Assembly: GCA_043822925.1 (NCBI GenBank)
Contig: JBDRBF010000049.1
Coordinates: 1-14,169, forward strand
Direction of reading: 5' to 3'
Origin: a bacterium
GTDB taxonomy: Bacteria; Babelota; Babeliae; Babelales; RVW-14
Length of the DNA stretch: 14,169 nt
Shown here: positions 1 to 8,154 of the stretch, piece by piece
How positions within the stretch are numbered: position 1 is the first letter of the stretch
Layout: the number at the start of each line of letters is the position of its first letter
The notes under the pieces: model-generated
The model's database searches: none
Told to the model about the DNA's origin: nothing
Seen by the model: the letters and a program-made list of their open reading frames with translations, nothing else
Program-made: the position numbers and the translations under genes

Positions 1-504
1 GTTTCAAAAAGTGAGCGTAAAAAACAAAAGAATTTGTCCAAGGGGACACTAAAAGAAAATATCGGCCAAGAAACGCGTGATGCGTTTCATATAAGTACTC
101 AGTTGGGTAAAGAAACAGGCCTCGTGCTTGTTAATTTGCCAGCGGGCGAGGTTGCAGGGGCTATTTGCAAGCCGGTTGGTAACTTTCAGATTCAGTTAGC
201 ATCTGTACAAAATAGTTTTTCAAAAATTATTGAAACATTGGTTGATGATGCTAAGCCTTTTAAAAAAGCAAAAAGAAGAGATTTGTGTAGTGCTTACGAG
301 TGCATGAAGAATGTAAATCAAAGTTTAAATAAACAGTTGCAAGATTTACGTGCGATACAAAAGAATGTTGCATTAGTATCAGGCAAACAAGAGGCTGTTG
401 CTGGGTGTGTTAAAAAGATTTCTGATGACATGCAGCGTTGCGTGACAAGTCTTAAGATGCTTAATAATAATATAAGTGCTCAAGTGTGTTTGAAAACAGT
501 ATGA
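1..504 (+). CDS. Hypothetical, probably coiled-coil protein; 5' end truncated by window edge
   Basis: Frame 1 is open from base 1 (VSKSERKKQKNLSKGTLKE...), so the TTG at 34 is probably not the true start. Heptad-like K/Q/N-rich helices. The TGA stop (502-504) overlaps the lpxB ATG (ATGA), suggesting translational coupling. Confidence 0.7.
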   Translation, partial: VSKSERKKQKNLSKGTLKENIGQETRDAFHISTQLGKETGLVLVNLPAGEVAGAICKPVGNFQIQLASVQNSFSKIIETLVDDAKPFKKAKRRDLCSAYECMKNVNQSLNKQLQDLRAIQKNVALVSGKQEAVAGCVKKISDDMQRCVTSLKMLNNNISAQVCLKTV

Positions 505-1694
505 AGAAAATATTTATAATGACCGGTGAACTTTCTGGCGACAAACTCGGCGCATGGTATCTTGACCGTGTGCTTGGGTATAAGCCTGTAGTTATGGCTG
601 CGCAAGACAAGCTTGTTTCTAACGAGCCTCAAGATGAGGGCAGCGGGTCAGCTAGCGCAGAAGCTGTACACATAGAAGCTGTCGGCGGAGACTTTTTGGC
701 CGGCGCTGGTGCTCAGCTTTATGCACGCTTTGAAACATTAAATATTACTGGGCTTTTTGAAATTGTCTCAAAGTTGCCGTATATCGTAAAAATGCTCAAG
801 CAATTAACCGCGTATATTATTGATAATAACTTTGATGAAGTTGTGCTTATCGATTTTCCTGGGTTTAATTTAAAGCTTGCTCAGTATCTTAAGAAAAAGC
901 GTCCAGAGCTTACGATAACGTATTTTTCTCCACCGCAATTGTGGTGCTGGGGTGCGTGGCGTATAAAAAAATTAAAAAAATATTGTGACCATCTGATTGT
1001 TTTGTATCCATTTGAAGTCGAATGGTATAAACAGCGTGGGCTTGAGGTCCAGTGGGTTGGCAGCCCGGTCTATGACCGGCTTAGTAAGTATTTTGAGTTG
1101 GCAGATGCCAATAAAAAAAAGTATATTGCGATATTTCCTGGGTCTCGCATAGCTGAGATAGAAAATATGTTTGCTGCGTTTGCCCAAGTTATGAAGCGTT
1201 TTTTGGTCAGGTATCCAGATGTTATTTGTGTATTGCCGATAGCTCAATCGATATCGCGTAATTTTATTGAACAAAAAATGTCACAAACGGGACTTGATGG
1301 ATACAGCAATAGAGTGCGTGTTATTGTTGATGAACAAGAAAAGTATAATGTCTTGAGCCAATGTTGTTTGGCTATAACAAAGCCGGGTACCGTGACGCTT
1401 GAACTTGCGTTGCTTGGTATACCAGCGATTGTAATGTTTAAAACAACCTGGCTTAATTATCTTTTAATGCGCCCTTTTGTGCGAGTCCGGTATATGGCGT
1501 TGCCAAATTTGTTGCTCAATAAAGAAGTGTATCCGGAACTTATTCAGGGGGACTGTGTACCTGAACGTATTTTCGAGCAAGCAACAAGTTTGTATGAGAG
1601 TTATTGTTCTGGTGGCGACCAGTATCGGTATAAGCAGCAAGAGCTTTTACGCTTGCGGGCTGAGCTTTCTCCGGAAAATAAAATTAAAAAATAA
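501..1694 (+). CDS. lpxB: Lipid-A-disaccharide synthase (GT19)
   Basis: MKKIFIMTGELSGD N-terminus, IDFPGFN, SPPQLWCWGAWR, FPGSRxxE, KPGTVTLELALLGIP and LPNLL are LpxB family motifs. Start placed at ATG 501 (ATGA overlap) rather than 486. Confidence 0.93.
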   Translation: MKKIFIMTGELSGDKLGAWYLDRVLGYKPVVMAAQDKLVSNEPQDEGSGSASAEAVHIEAVGGDFLAGAGAQLYARFETLNITGLFEIVSKLPYIVKMLKQLTAYIIDNNFDEVVLIDFPGFNLKLAQYLKKKRPELTITYFSPPQLWCWGAWRIKKLKKYCDHLIVLYPFEVEWYKQRGLEVQWVGSPVYDRLSKYFELADANKKKYIAIFPGSRIAEIENMFAAFAQVMKRFLVRYPDVICVLPIAQSISRNFIEQKMSQTGLDGYSNRVRVIVDEQEKYNVLSQCCLAITKPGTVTLELALLGIPAIVMFKTTWLNYLLMRPFVRVRYMALPNLLLNKEVYPELIQGDCVPERIFEQATSLYESYCSGGDQYRYKQQELLRLRAELSPENKIKK

Positions 1695-1817
1695 AGCTAG
1701 GTATTAGATTTTTTTCTGATACTCTTTTCTTGCTTAAACTTTATTATTGGGTTAAATAACTCTTACGTTTTATATTTTTTTAGTTTAGTTTTCTAGTTTA
1801 GAAAGGCTCGAAACAAT

Positions 1818-2381
1818 ATGGCAAGTTACAATCGCGTTATTATTATGGGCAACTTGACCCGTGATCCAGAACTTAAACAGATTAATTCCGGTCAATCAGT
1901 ATGCCGTTTTGGTGTTGCATCTAACCGTCAATTTAAAAATAAACAAACCGGTATGATGATCCAAGAAGTTTGTTTTATTGATATTGATGTTTGGGGCGCA
2001 CAAGCTGAAAGCTGCGGCCAATACTTACAAAAAGGTCGTTTGGTTTTAGTCGAAGGTCGTCTCAAGTTTGATTCTTGGGAAGACAACGAAGGTAACAAAC
2101 GCAGCAAGCACTCAGTCGTTGCTGACCGTGTAACTTTCTTGGCCAATGCTGGCGCACAAGCTGATGTTGAAGATGCTGAAGCTGGTAGTTCAGGTGAGTC
2201 TGAACGTCCTGCTCCTAAATCAGCTAGTTCATCTGAAGGTGCATCATATACAGCGCCTCGTTCAGCAGCTCCAAAAAGAGCCGCTAAACCTGCCGCTCCT
2301 ACTGGCGATACACAGATTCCTAATACGGGTGAAATTAGCTTTGAAGGCGAAAAGCCATTCGAAGACGATTTGCCATTTTAG
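1818..2381 (+). CDS. ssb: Single-stranded DNA-binding protein
   Basis: NRVIIMGNLTRDPEL OB-fold start, LQKGRLVLVEGRL, low-complexity A/S/P linker and acidic C-terminal tip DDLPF. Confidence 0.97.
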   Translation: MASYNRVIIMGNLTRDPELKQINSGQSVCRFGVASNRQFKNKQTGMMIQEVCFIDIDVWGAQAESCGQYLQKGRLVLVEGRLKFDSWEDNEGNKRSKHSVVADRVTFLANAGAQADVEDAEAGSSGESERPAPKSASSSEGASYTAPRSAAPKRAAKPAAPTGDTQIPNTGEISFEGEKPFEDDLPF

Positions 2382-2390
2382 TTTTGTCAT

Positions 2391-2450
2391 TTTAATTACG
2401 TAATTAAATTTTTTAATATTATGGGGCGGCTGCCCTGTAATATTAAAAAA
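2391..2450 (+). repeat. Perfect 18-bp palindrome followed by a 19-bp-stem hairpin in the ssb 3' region
   Basis: TTTAATTAC|GTAATTAAA (2391-2408), then TTTTTTAATATTATGGGGC-GGCT-GCCCTGTAATATTAAAAAA (2409-2450) with two G-U pairs. Confidence 0.8.
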
Positions 2451-2483
2451 AGAGACTGGTGTAAAAGCTGGTCTCTTTTTTTT
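2445..2483 (+). terminator. Rho-independent terminator after ssb (possibly bidirectional)
   Basis: A7-GAGACTGGT-GTAAAA-GCTGGTCTC-T8: stem-loop followed by a U tract, with an A tract on the 5' side. Confidence 0.85.
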
Positions 2484-2542
2484 GCATTTTTTGGGGGGAT
2501 AGGAATATGGACCCAGTTGTTGTTCGTCTATATATGTTCTGA

Positions 2543-2571
2543 TTGTAAAGAAAATAGATACGTTGTATGCT
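2543..2571 (+). promoter_or_regulatory. Putative sigma70 promoter for the 461-aa gene
   Basis: TTGTAA (2543-2548), 17-bp spacer, TATGCT (2566-2571). It lies downstream of the ssb terminator, so a new promoter is expected here. Confidence 0.5.
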
Positions 2572-2626
2572 AAAAACCAAGTTAATAAAAAATATTTTAG
2601 GTAACAAAAAATATTTCTGACAAAAC

Positions 2627-2654
2627 TCAGTAGGTTAAAATCAGTAGGTTAAAA
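2627..2654. repeat. Perfect 14-bp tandem duplication
   Basis: TCAGTAGGTTAAAA at 2627-2640 and again at 2641-2654. Confidence 0.9.
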
Positions 2655-2674
2655 AACAAATAAAGGGACAAGAT

Positions 2675-4060
2675 TTGAAGATGTGTAATAAGCGTTATTT
2701 TTTATTAGGTCTTGTGTTTTTTACTCAAAGTTTTATTGGTTTACTGGCAACAGATTTGCCAGTATTTTACCGGGCACCTTTTTTTCGTTCTATTCATGAT
2801 GCACCCAGTGATTGGAAAACACAGGCAACTATACGGCTTGGTACGGGCGATACGCGCCAAGGGTGGGGACTTGATGATCATCATGGTGCGTTATTTAGCA
2901 TATATGGTGCTACTGATGTTACACAATTAGGTTTTGGTCTTGAAGATCTTGCGACAAAGCCTATTACAAATAATTATTGGAAAAAAAATGGGACGTTTAA
3001 TCCTGATGCCCCGGTTGATCCATCTAACCCTTTGAATCTTAAGAATAAAGACGGTCAGGTAGCGTTTAGTGGTAAACTTAAAGTTGACGATATCGCTCTT
3101 ACGGTAAAACAAACGATATTTTCAGGTTTTTATATACAGGCGTATTTGCCTGTGCGTCGAATTAAAATAGATCAGGTAACTGCAACAAATTTGGGTGCGC
3201 CAACGATCGCTGGTGGGATAGTTATGGCTGATTTCTTGACGACAGCTGATGGATTGCCGGAAATTTTGAGAGAAAATGGGTATGCATCTTTTACGACGTT
3301 TAAAGAAAGTGTATTTAAAAAAACAGAAACCCCTGAATTTTTATTATCTGTTGGTTGGCAAGGTCAAGGGGACCAAGAATTTGGGATTGTCGATAAAGTA
3401 CGAGGCTTTATGCAAGCTGGCATAATTGTGCCAACGGGCGAGAAAAAGAATGAAGATTTATTGTTTGCTATACCTATTGGTTACAATAAATTTTGGGGCG
3501 TTAATTGCCAACTGGGCGCAGAAGTTGCGTTTTGGAAGTTTGTAGTTTTAGGTGCGAGTGCTGGAACGACGATGTTTTTCTCCGAAGTGCGCGATATACG
3601 TATGAAAACGAATTCTGCCCAAACCGGTTGGTTTATGCTTGGTAAGGGGATGTCAAAAGTCGATCAGGGTTCTATGTGGGATTTGACTGGTTATGTTAAA
3701 GCTGATCACGTTGTTGCAGATCTTTCATTTATTGCTGGTTATAGTTTTAACCGTCAAGAAGATACGCAATTGCATGTTAAAGATGATAAATTTTTGTCTA
3801 CGTATGTTGCCCAGCAGAGAGCATTGGTCCCACCGGTACTTGTTTCAAAAGATAGTATCGTTAATAGTGACAAGCGTTTACGTGGCTGGAATCAGCATGT
3901 ATTGCATCTTATGGCAGAGTATAGTGCTGGGCCGGACGCAAAATCATGGTTTTCTCCAATAGTTCGTTTTGAATATAGTTATCCAATTGCTGGTCGTAGG
4001 GCCTTTGCTACAGATATGCTTGCCGGTACGCTTGGGCTGCAGGTTCAGTGGGCTATATAG
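2675..4060 (+). CDS. Exported hypothetical protein, putative outer-membrane beta-barrel
   Basis: 461-aa ORF. Basic plus hydrophobic N-terminus resembles a signal peptide. Many alternating amphipathic G/aromatic-rich strands (IVRFEYSYPI, LGLQVQW), and the C-terminus ends in a beta-strand with a near-terminal Trp. SD-like AAGGGA at 2663-2668. Start is TTG 2675 or ATG 2681. Confidence 0.65.
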   Translation: MKMCNKRYFLLGLVFFTQSFIGLLATDLPVFYRAPFFRSIHDAPSDWKTQATIRLGTGDTRQGWGLDDHHGALFSIYGATDVTQLGFGLEDLATKPITNNYWKKNGTFNPDAPVDPSNPLNLKNKDGQVAFSGKLKVDDIALTVKQTIFSGFYIQAYLPVRRIKIDQVTATNLGAPTIAGGIVMADFLTTADGLPEILRENGYASFTTFKESVFKKTETPEFLLSVGWQGQGDQEFGIVDKVRGFMQAGIIVPTGEKKNEDLLFAIPIGYNKFWGVNCQLGAEVAFWKFVVLGASAGTTMFFSEVRDIRMKTNSAQTGWFMLGKGMSKVDQGSMWDLTGYVKADHVVADLSFIAGYSFNRQEDTQLHVKDDKFLSTYVAQQRALVPPVLVSKDSIVNSDKRLRGWNQHVLHLMAEYSAGPDAKSWFSPIVRFEYSYPIAGRRAFATDMLAGTLGLQVQWAI

Positions 4061-4078
4061 GCTTAGGTAAGACTGGTC

Positions 4079-4107
4079 TTCCCAAAAAATAGCCAAAATG
4101 CTAGAAT
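4079..4107 (+). promoter_or_regulatory. Putative extended -10 sigma70 promoter for the argS operon
   Basis: TG-c-TAGAAT (4099-4107) with a weak -35 TTCCCA (4079-4084) at 17-bp spacing. Confidence 0.4.
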
Positions 4108-4166
4108 AGGCGTCATATATACGTAAATATTTATTTTTTTTAGAGCTTAATGTCTTAAGGTTAATT

Positions 4167-5873
4167 ATGAACACGCTTGTTCGCGTAAAAAGTGAATTAT
4201 TAACACGCTTGCAAAATTTATTTGATCTTGATGCATCTTTGATGTCAGGTCTTGAGGTTATGCGTGAAAATTTGGACAAAGATAGTACGTTTGGTGATTT
4301 TAGCTGTAACGGTGCGTTGGTGTTAGCTAAACTTTTAAAGCAAAATCCAAAAGTATTGGCACAGCAAATTCAGGAAAACTTTGAAAAGCTTACGTTAGAT
4401 AATATTGGGCCAGTTTTTGCAAGCGTTACGGTTGCAAATCCAGGGTTTGTGAATATGATGCTTACGTCAAAAGTATGGCAAATTATTGCACAAGAGCTAT
4501 TTACTCAAAAAGAAGCGTATTTTAAACGTAATGAAACTGAAAGAAAATTACGTTATTTGATTGAGTTTGTGAGTGGTAATCCTACCGGCCCGTTGCACTT
4601 GGGTGCTGGTCGTAATGGGATTATTGGTGATGTGCTCGCCCGTGTCTCACGGTTTGTGGGGCACGATGTGCACACAGAATATTATGTGAACGATGCGGGC
4701 AATCAAGTCTTAAAACTTGGCGAATCTTTTTTTGTGCGCTGTAAACAAGAATTGGGATTAGACGCAATTTTGCCGGAAGACGGCTATGTTGGCGATTATT
4801 TAATAGAGCTCGCAAAAATATGTGTAGCTGAGCATGGTAAGAGTTTGCTTGAAAAAGATATAAGTTTTTTTATAGAATACGCGATTGAGCATATGCTCGT
4901 CATGATTAAAACAGATTTGCAAAGTTATGGTATAACGTTTGACGACTGGGTATCAGAAAAAAAATTGCATGAAAATGGTTCTGTCGCTCAAGCGATAGAG
5001 CTTTTAGCTCAAAAAGATTTAGTGTACGAAAAAGATAGTGCTCTTTGGTTTAAAGCTACGCAGTTTGGTGATGAAAAAGATCGTGTAATTAAAAAAAGTA
5101 CCGGTGAGATGACCTATGTTGCTGGCGATATAGCGTATCATAAAGATAAATTTGATCGAGGGTATGATAAAATTATTGATATTTTGGGGCAAGATCATCA
5201 TGGGTATATTAAACGTTTAAAATCGACGATGGAAGCACTTGGTTTTGATGCACAAAAACTTGATGTTATTATGTACCAGTTGGTGTCTATCAAAGATAAT
5301 GGCGAGCTCGTTAAGATGTCCAAACGTGCGGGAACGTTTACATCTTTGCATGATATTATAGAAACAGTCGGTTCTGATGTTGCGCGTTTTTTTTATTTAA
5401 ATCGTAAAGCTGAGGCGCATTTAGAATTTGACTTGGCTGTTGCGCTTAAAAAAACTCAAGAAAATCCAGTATATTATATTCAGTATGCATATGTGCGTAC
5501 GCATAGTTTATTTGAAAAAGCGTCAGAGTTTGATGCTCTTAAAAAATATGTTGTCCAGCTAAAAACTGGCAAAATACAAGATCTAGAAAAGATTGTCGAA
5601 AATTTTGGGTCTGAAGAAGTAGCCGTTTTGAGAAAAATAGTCGCTTTGCATGATTTGTTACGTGTTATTGTTTCTACCTATCAGACGCATTTAATAGCAT
5701 ATTATTCGTGGGAGCTTGCTCATACGTTCCATACGTTTTACACGAACAACCGCGTGCTTGATGAAAAAAATATTCCTGCGACACAGGCACGTTTATTGCT
5801 CGTCGCTCTCGTACATAATACTCTTGATATTTGTTTGAATTTACTTGGCGTTAGCTGCCCGGAAAAAATGTAA
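4167..5873 (+). CDS. argS: Arginine--tRNA ligase
   Basis: FGDFSCN N-terminal domain, IEFVSGNPTGPLHLGA (HIGH region), EYYVNDAGNQ, GQDHHGY, KMSKRAG, NPVYYIQYAYVR anticodon-binding domain, C-terminal LGVSCPEKM. Confidence 0.97.
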   Translation: MNTLVRVKSELLTRLQNLFDLDASLMSGLEVMRENLDKDSTFGDFSCNGALVLAKLLKQNPKVLAQQIQENFEKLTLDNIGPVFASVTVANPGFVNMMLTSKVWQIIAQELFTQKEAYFKRNETERKLRYLIEFVSGNPTGPLHLGAGRNGIIGDVLARVSRFVGHDVHTEYYVNDAGNQVLKLGESFFVRCKQELGLDAILPEDGYVGDYLIELAKICVAEHGKSLLEKDISFFIEYAIEHMLVMIKTDLQSYGITFDDWVSEKKLHENGSVAQAIELLAQKDLVYEKDSALWFKATQFGDEKDRVIKKSTGEMTYVAGDIAYHKDKFDRGYDKIIDILGQDHHGYIKRLKSTMEALGFDAQKLDVIMYQLVSIKDNGELVKMSKRAGTFTSLHDIIETVGSDVARFFYLNRKAEAHLEFDLAVALKKTQENPVYYIQYAYVRTHSLFEKASEFDALKKYVVQLKTGKIQDLEKIVENFGSEEVAVLRKIVALHDLLRVIVSTYQTHLIAYYSWELAHTFHTFYTNNRVLDEKNIPATQARLLLVALVHNTLDICLNLLGVSCPEKM

Positions 5874-5892
5874 TACTAAATTAAGAAGAAAT

Positions 5893-6276
5893 ATGACGAA
5901 TATAAAGTTGTTTTTGCTCGCGTGCGTTGGTGCTATTGGTACGTTAATGAGTTATTCTGTTTTTGTTTTTTTTTCAAGCAGGTGTCCAAGTTTTCCTTGT
6001 GCGACGTTATTTGTTAATATGTCTGGAGCTTTAGTCGCTGGTTTTTTACGTGAAATGTTTTTTTTGGTACCTGTTTCTTATTCGATGAAAATTATTGTGA
6101 CTGTTGGATTACTTGGTGCGTTTACGACCTACTCGGCATTTGTATGGGAGGTGGTTGCGCTGGTCCGCGATGGTTTTATTATGCGTGGGTTAGGATATAT
6201 GTTTTTTACCAATATTGCAGGTGTAATATTGATATGTGTTGGAATTTTTATTGCTCGGTTGATATTTGCTCAATAA
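5893..6276 (+). CDS. crcB: Fluoride channel Fluc/CrcB family protein (divergent)
   Basis: 127 aa with four hydrophobic segments, GAIG, FPCATLFVN and GLLGAFTTYSAF (family GxxGxxTTFSTF). Start placed at ATG 5893, after the argS stop. Confidence 0.88.
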   Translation: MTNIKLFLLACVGAIGTLMSYSVFVFFSSRCPSFPCATLFVNMSGALVAGFLREMFFLVPVSYSMKIIVTVGLLGAFTTYSAFVWEVVALVRDGFIMRGLGYMFFTNIAGVILICVGIFIARLIFAQ

Positions 6277-6304
6277 ATGTTTGTCTAATAGTGGAAAATA
6301 AATA

Positions 6305-8134
6305 ATGGATATACGAAGTTTAACTGGTTTTGATATAAAGAATTTTAAGCATGAGCATATTCGGAATTTTTCGATTGTCGCTCATATAGATCACGGTAAG
6401 TCGACGCTTGCTGACCGTATGCTTGAGGTAAGCAAAACGATTTCTTCTCGTGAGCACCAAGCTCAATTTTTGGATAAGTTGCAAGTAGAGCAAGAACGTG
6501 GAATAACGGTAAAAGCTCAAACCGCGTCGTTGTTTTATGAATATAAAGGTACGGTATATTTACTTAATTTAATTGATACACCAGGTCATGTTGATTTTAA
6601 TTATGAAGTTTCACGTTCTTTGGCTGCTTGCCAGGGGGCGTTATTGTTGGTTGATGCGGTGCAGGGAGTGCAAGCTCAGACGCTTGCTAACTTTTATTTA
6701 GCCTACGATCTGGATCTAACAATTATTCCTGCTATTAACAAAATTGATATGCAAGCTGCAGATATTAATCGAGTCTCTGGTGAAATGCATAAGGCTTTTG
6801 ATATCGCGAAAGACGAGATCTTACATATATCAGCAAAAAATGGCATAGGCATAGATGATGTTTTTGCCGCAATCATAGAAAAAATTCCGGCCCCTACAGG
6901 TGACGAACAAAAACCAGTTAAAGCATTGTTGTTTGATTCTTGGTTCGACGAGTATCGCGGTGTTGTTTGTTTGATTGAAGTAATTGATAATCAAATCAAA
7001 AAAGGTGACTATATTACGGCAGCGTATAGCGGTCGTGAGTATGAAGTGCTTGATATTGGTCTTATGTACCCAGATATGTTTTCGACGGGCGCGCTTTATA
7101 CTGGGCAAGTTGGATATATAATTTGTGGTATGAAAACGGTTAAAGAAGCGCGAGTTGGTGATACGTTTTTTAGTATAAAAACGCCAATCGAGCCGCTTCC
7201 TGGTTTTAAACCTGCTAAATCAATGGTGTTCGCAGGGATTTATCCTGTTGAAGCAACAGAATTTGATGAAGTGCGCGATGCGATAGAAAAATTAACGCTT
7301 AATGATCCAAGTGTGCATGTTGAGAAAGAGAGTTCTACTGCGCTTGGTCTTGGGTTTAGGTGTGGGTTTTTAGGTTTGTTGCATATGGATGTGTTTAAGC
7401 AACGTTTAGAACAAGAGTATGATGCAAATATTATTGTTACGTCACCGACAGTATCGTACAAAGTAATTTATACTGATGGGCAAGAAGAAATTATTGATAA
7501 TCCATCGAAATTAGAAGATACGGTTAAAATAGAAGAAATTCATGAACCATTAATAAAAGCGACGATTGTGTTACCCAGAGAATATTTGGGAAGTATCTTG
7601 AATTTGTGTCAGGAGCGACGAGGTGAACAGCTTGACATGAGTTATTTGGATGAAAATAGAATAGTTGTGCATTATAAGATGCCGCTAAACGAAATTGTGA
7701 CTGACTTTTACGATAAACTAAAATCGTTAAGTTCCGGGTATGCGAGTTTTGATTATGAAAGTATGGGTTATGAGCCATCTGATTTAGTTAAAATGAATAT
7801 TTTGCTTAATGGTAAAGCAGTAGATGCTCTTTCGCTTATTGTGCATAGAGATAAAGCTTTTTCTATTGGTAGTCAGTTGACGAAAAAATTAAAGACCGTT
7901 ATTCCTCGCCAAATGTTTGAGGTTGCTATACAAGCGGCTATTGGGGCTAAAGTTATCGCCCGTGAAACAGTATCTGCTATGCGTAAAAACGTTATAGCAA
8001 AATGTTACGGTGGCGATATTACCAGAAAGCGTAAGCTGCTTGAGAAGCAGAAAAAAGGTAAGAAAAAGATGAAGCAGGTTGGTAATGTTGAAGTGCCACA
8101 AGAGGCCTTTTTAACGATTTTAAAGAACGAATAG
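6305..8134 (+). CDS. lepA: Elongation factor 4 (LepA/GUF1 translational GTPase)
   Basis: IRNFSIVAHIDHGKSTLADR (G1), ERGITVK (G2), DTPGHVDF (G3), NKID (G4), GFRCGFLGLLHM, and LepA C-terminal KCYGGDITRKRKLLEKQK. Confidence 0.98.
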   Translation: MDIRSLTGFDIKNFKHEHIRNFSIVAHIDHGKSTLADRMLEVSKTISSREHQAQFLDKLQVEQERGITVKAQTASLFYEYKGTVYLLNLIDTPGHVDFNYEVSRSLAACQGALLLVDAVQGVQAQTLANFYLAYDLDLTIIPAINKIDMQAADINRVSGEMHKAFDIAKDEILHISAKNGIGIDDVFAAIIEKIPAPTGDEQKPVKALLFDSWFDEYRGVVCLIEVIDNQIKKGDYITAAYSGREYEVLDIGLMYPDMFSTGALYTGQVGYIICGMKTVKEARVGDTFFSIKTPIEPLPGFKPAKSMVFAGIYPVEATEFDEVRDAIEKLTLNDPSVHVEKESSTALGLGFRCGFLGLLHMDVFKQRLEQEYDANIIVTSPTVSYKVIYTDGQEEIIDNPSKLEDTVKIEEIHEPLIKATIVLPREYLGSILNLCQERRGEQLDMSYLDENRIVVHYKMPLNEIVTDFYDKLKSLSSGYASFDYESMGYEPSDLVKMNILLNGKAVDALSLIVHRDKAFSIGSQLTKKLKTVIPRQMFEVAIQAAIGAKVIARETVSAMRKNVIAKCYGGDITRKRKLLEKQKKGKKKMKQVGNVEVPQEAFLTILKNE

Positions 8135-8154
8135 AAAAAAAAGGGAGCGTCACT

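Noticed and set aside
486-500. lpxB start at GTG 486
   Set aside because: ATG 501 gives the family-typical MKKIFI start and an ATGA coupling with the upstream ORF.
4146-4159. CTTAA-TGTC-TTAAG as an HspR HAIR operator
   Set aside because: Arms and spacing do not match CTTGAGT-N7-ACTCAAG, and short AT palindromes are expected by chance.
5845-5892. Longer crcB start at 5845, or a fluoride riboswitch
   Set aside because: The extension overlaps the argS end and is non-homologous. Only 19 bp separate argS from ATG 5893, leaving no room for a riboswitch.
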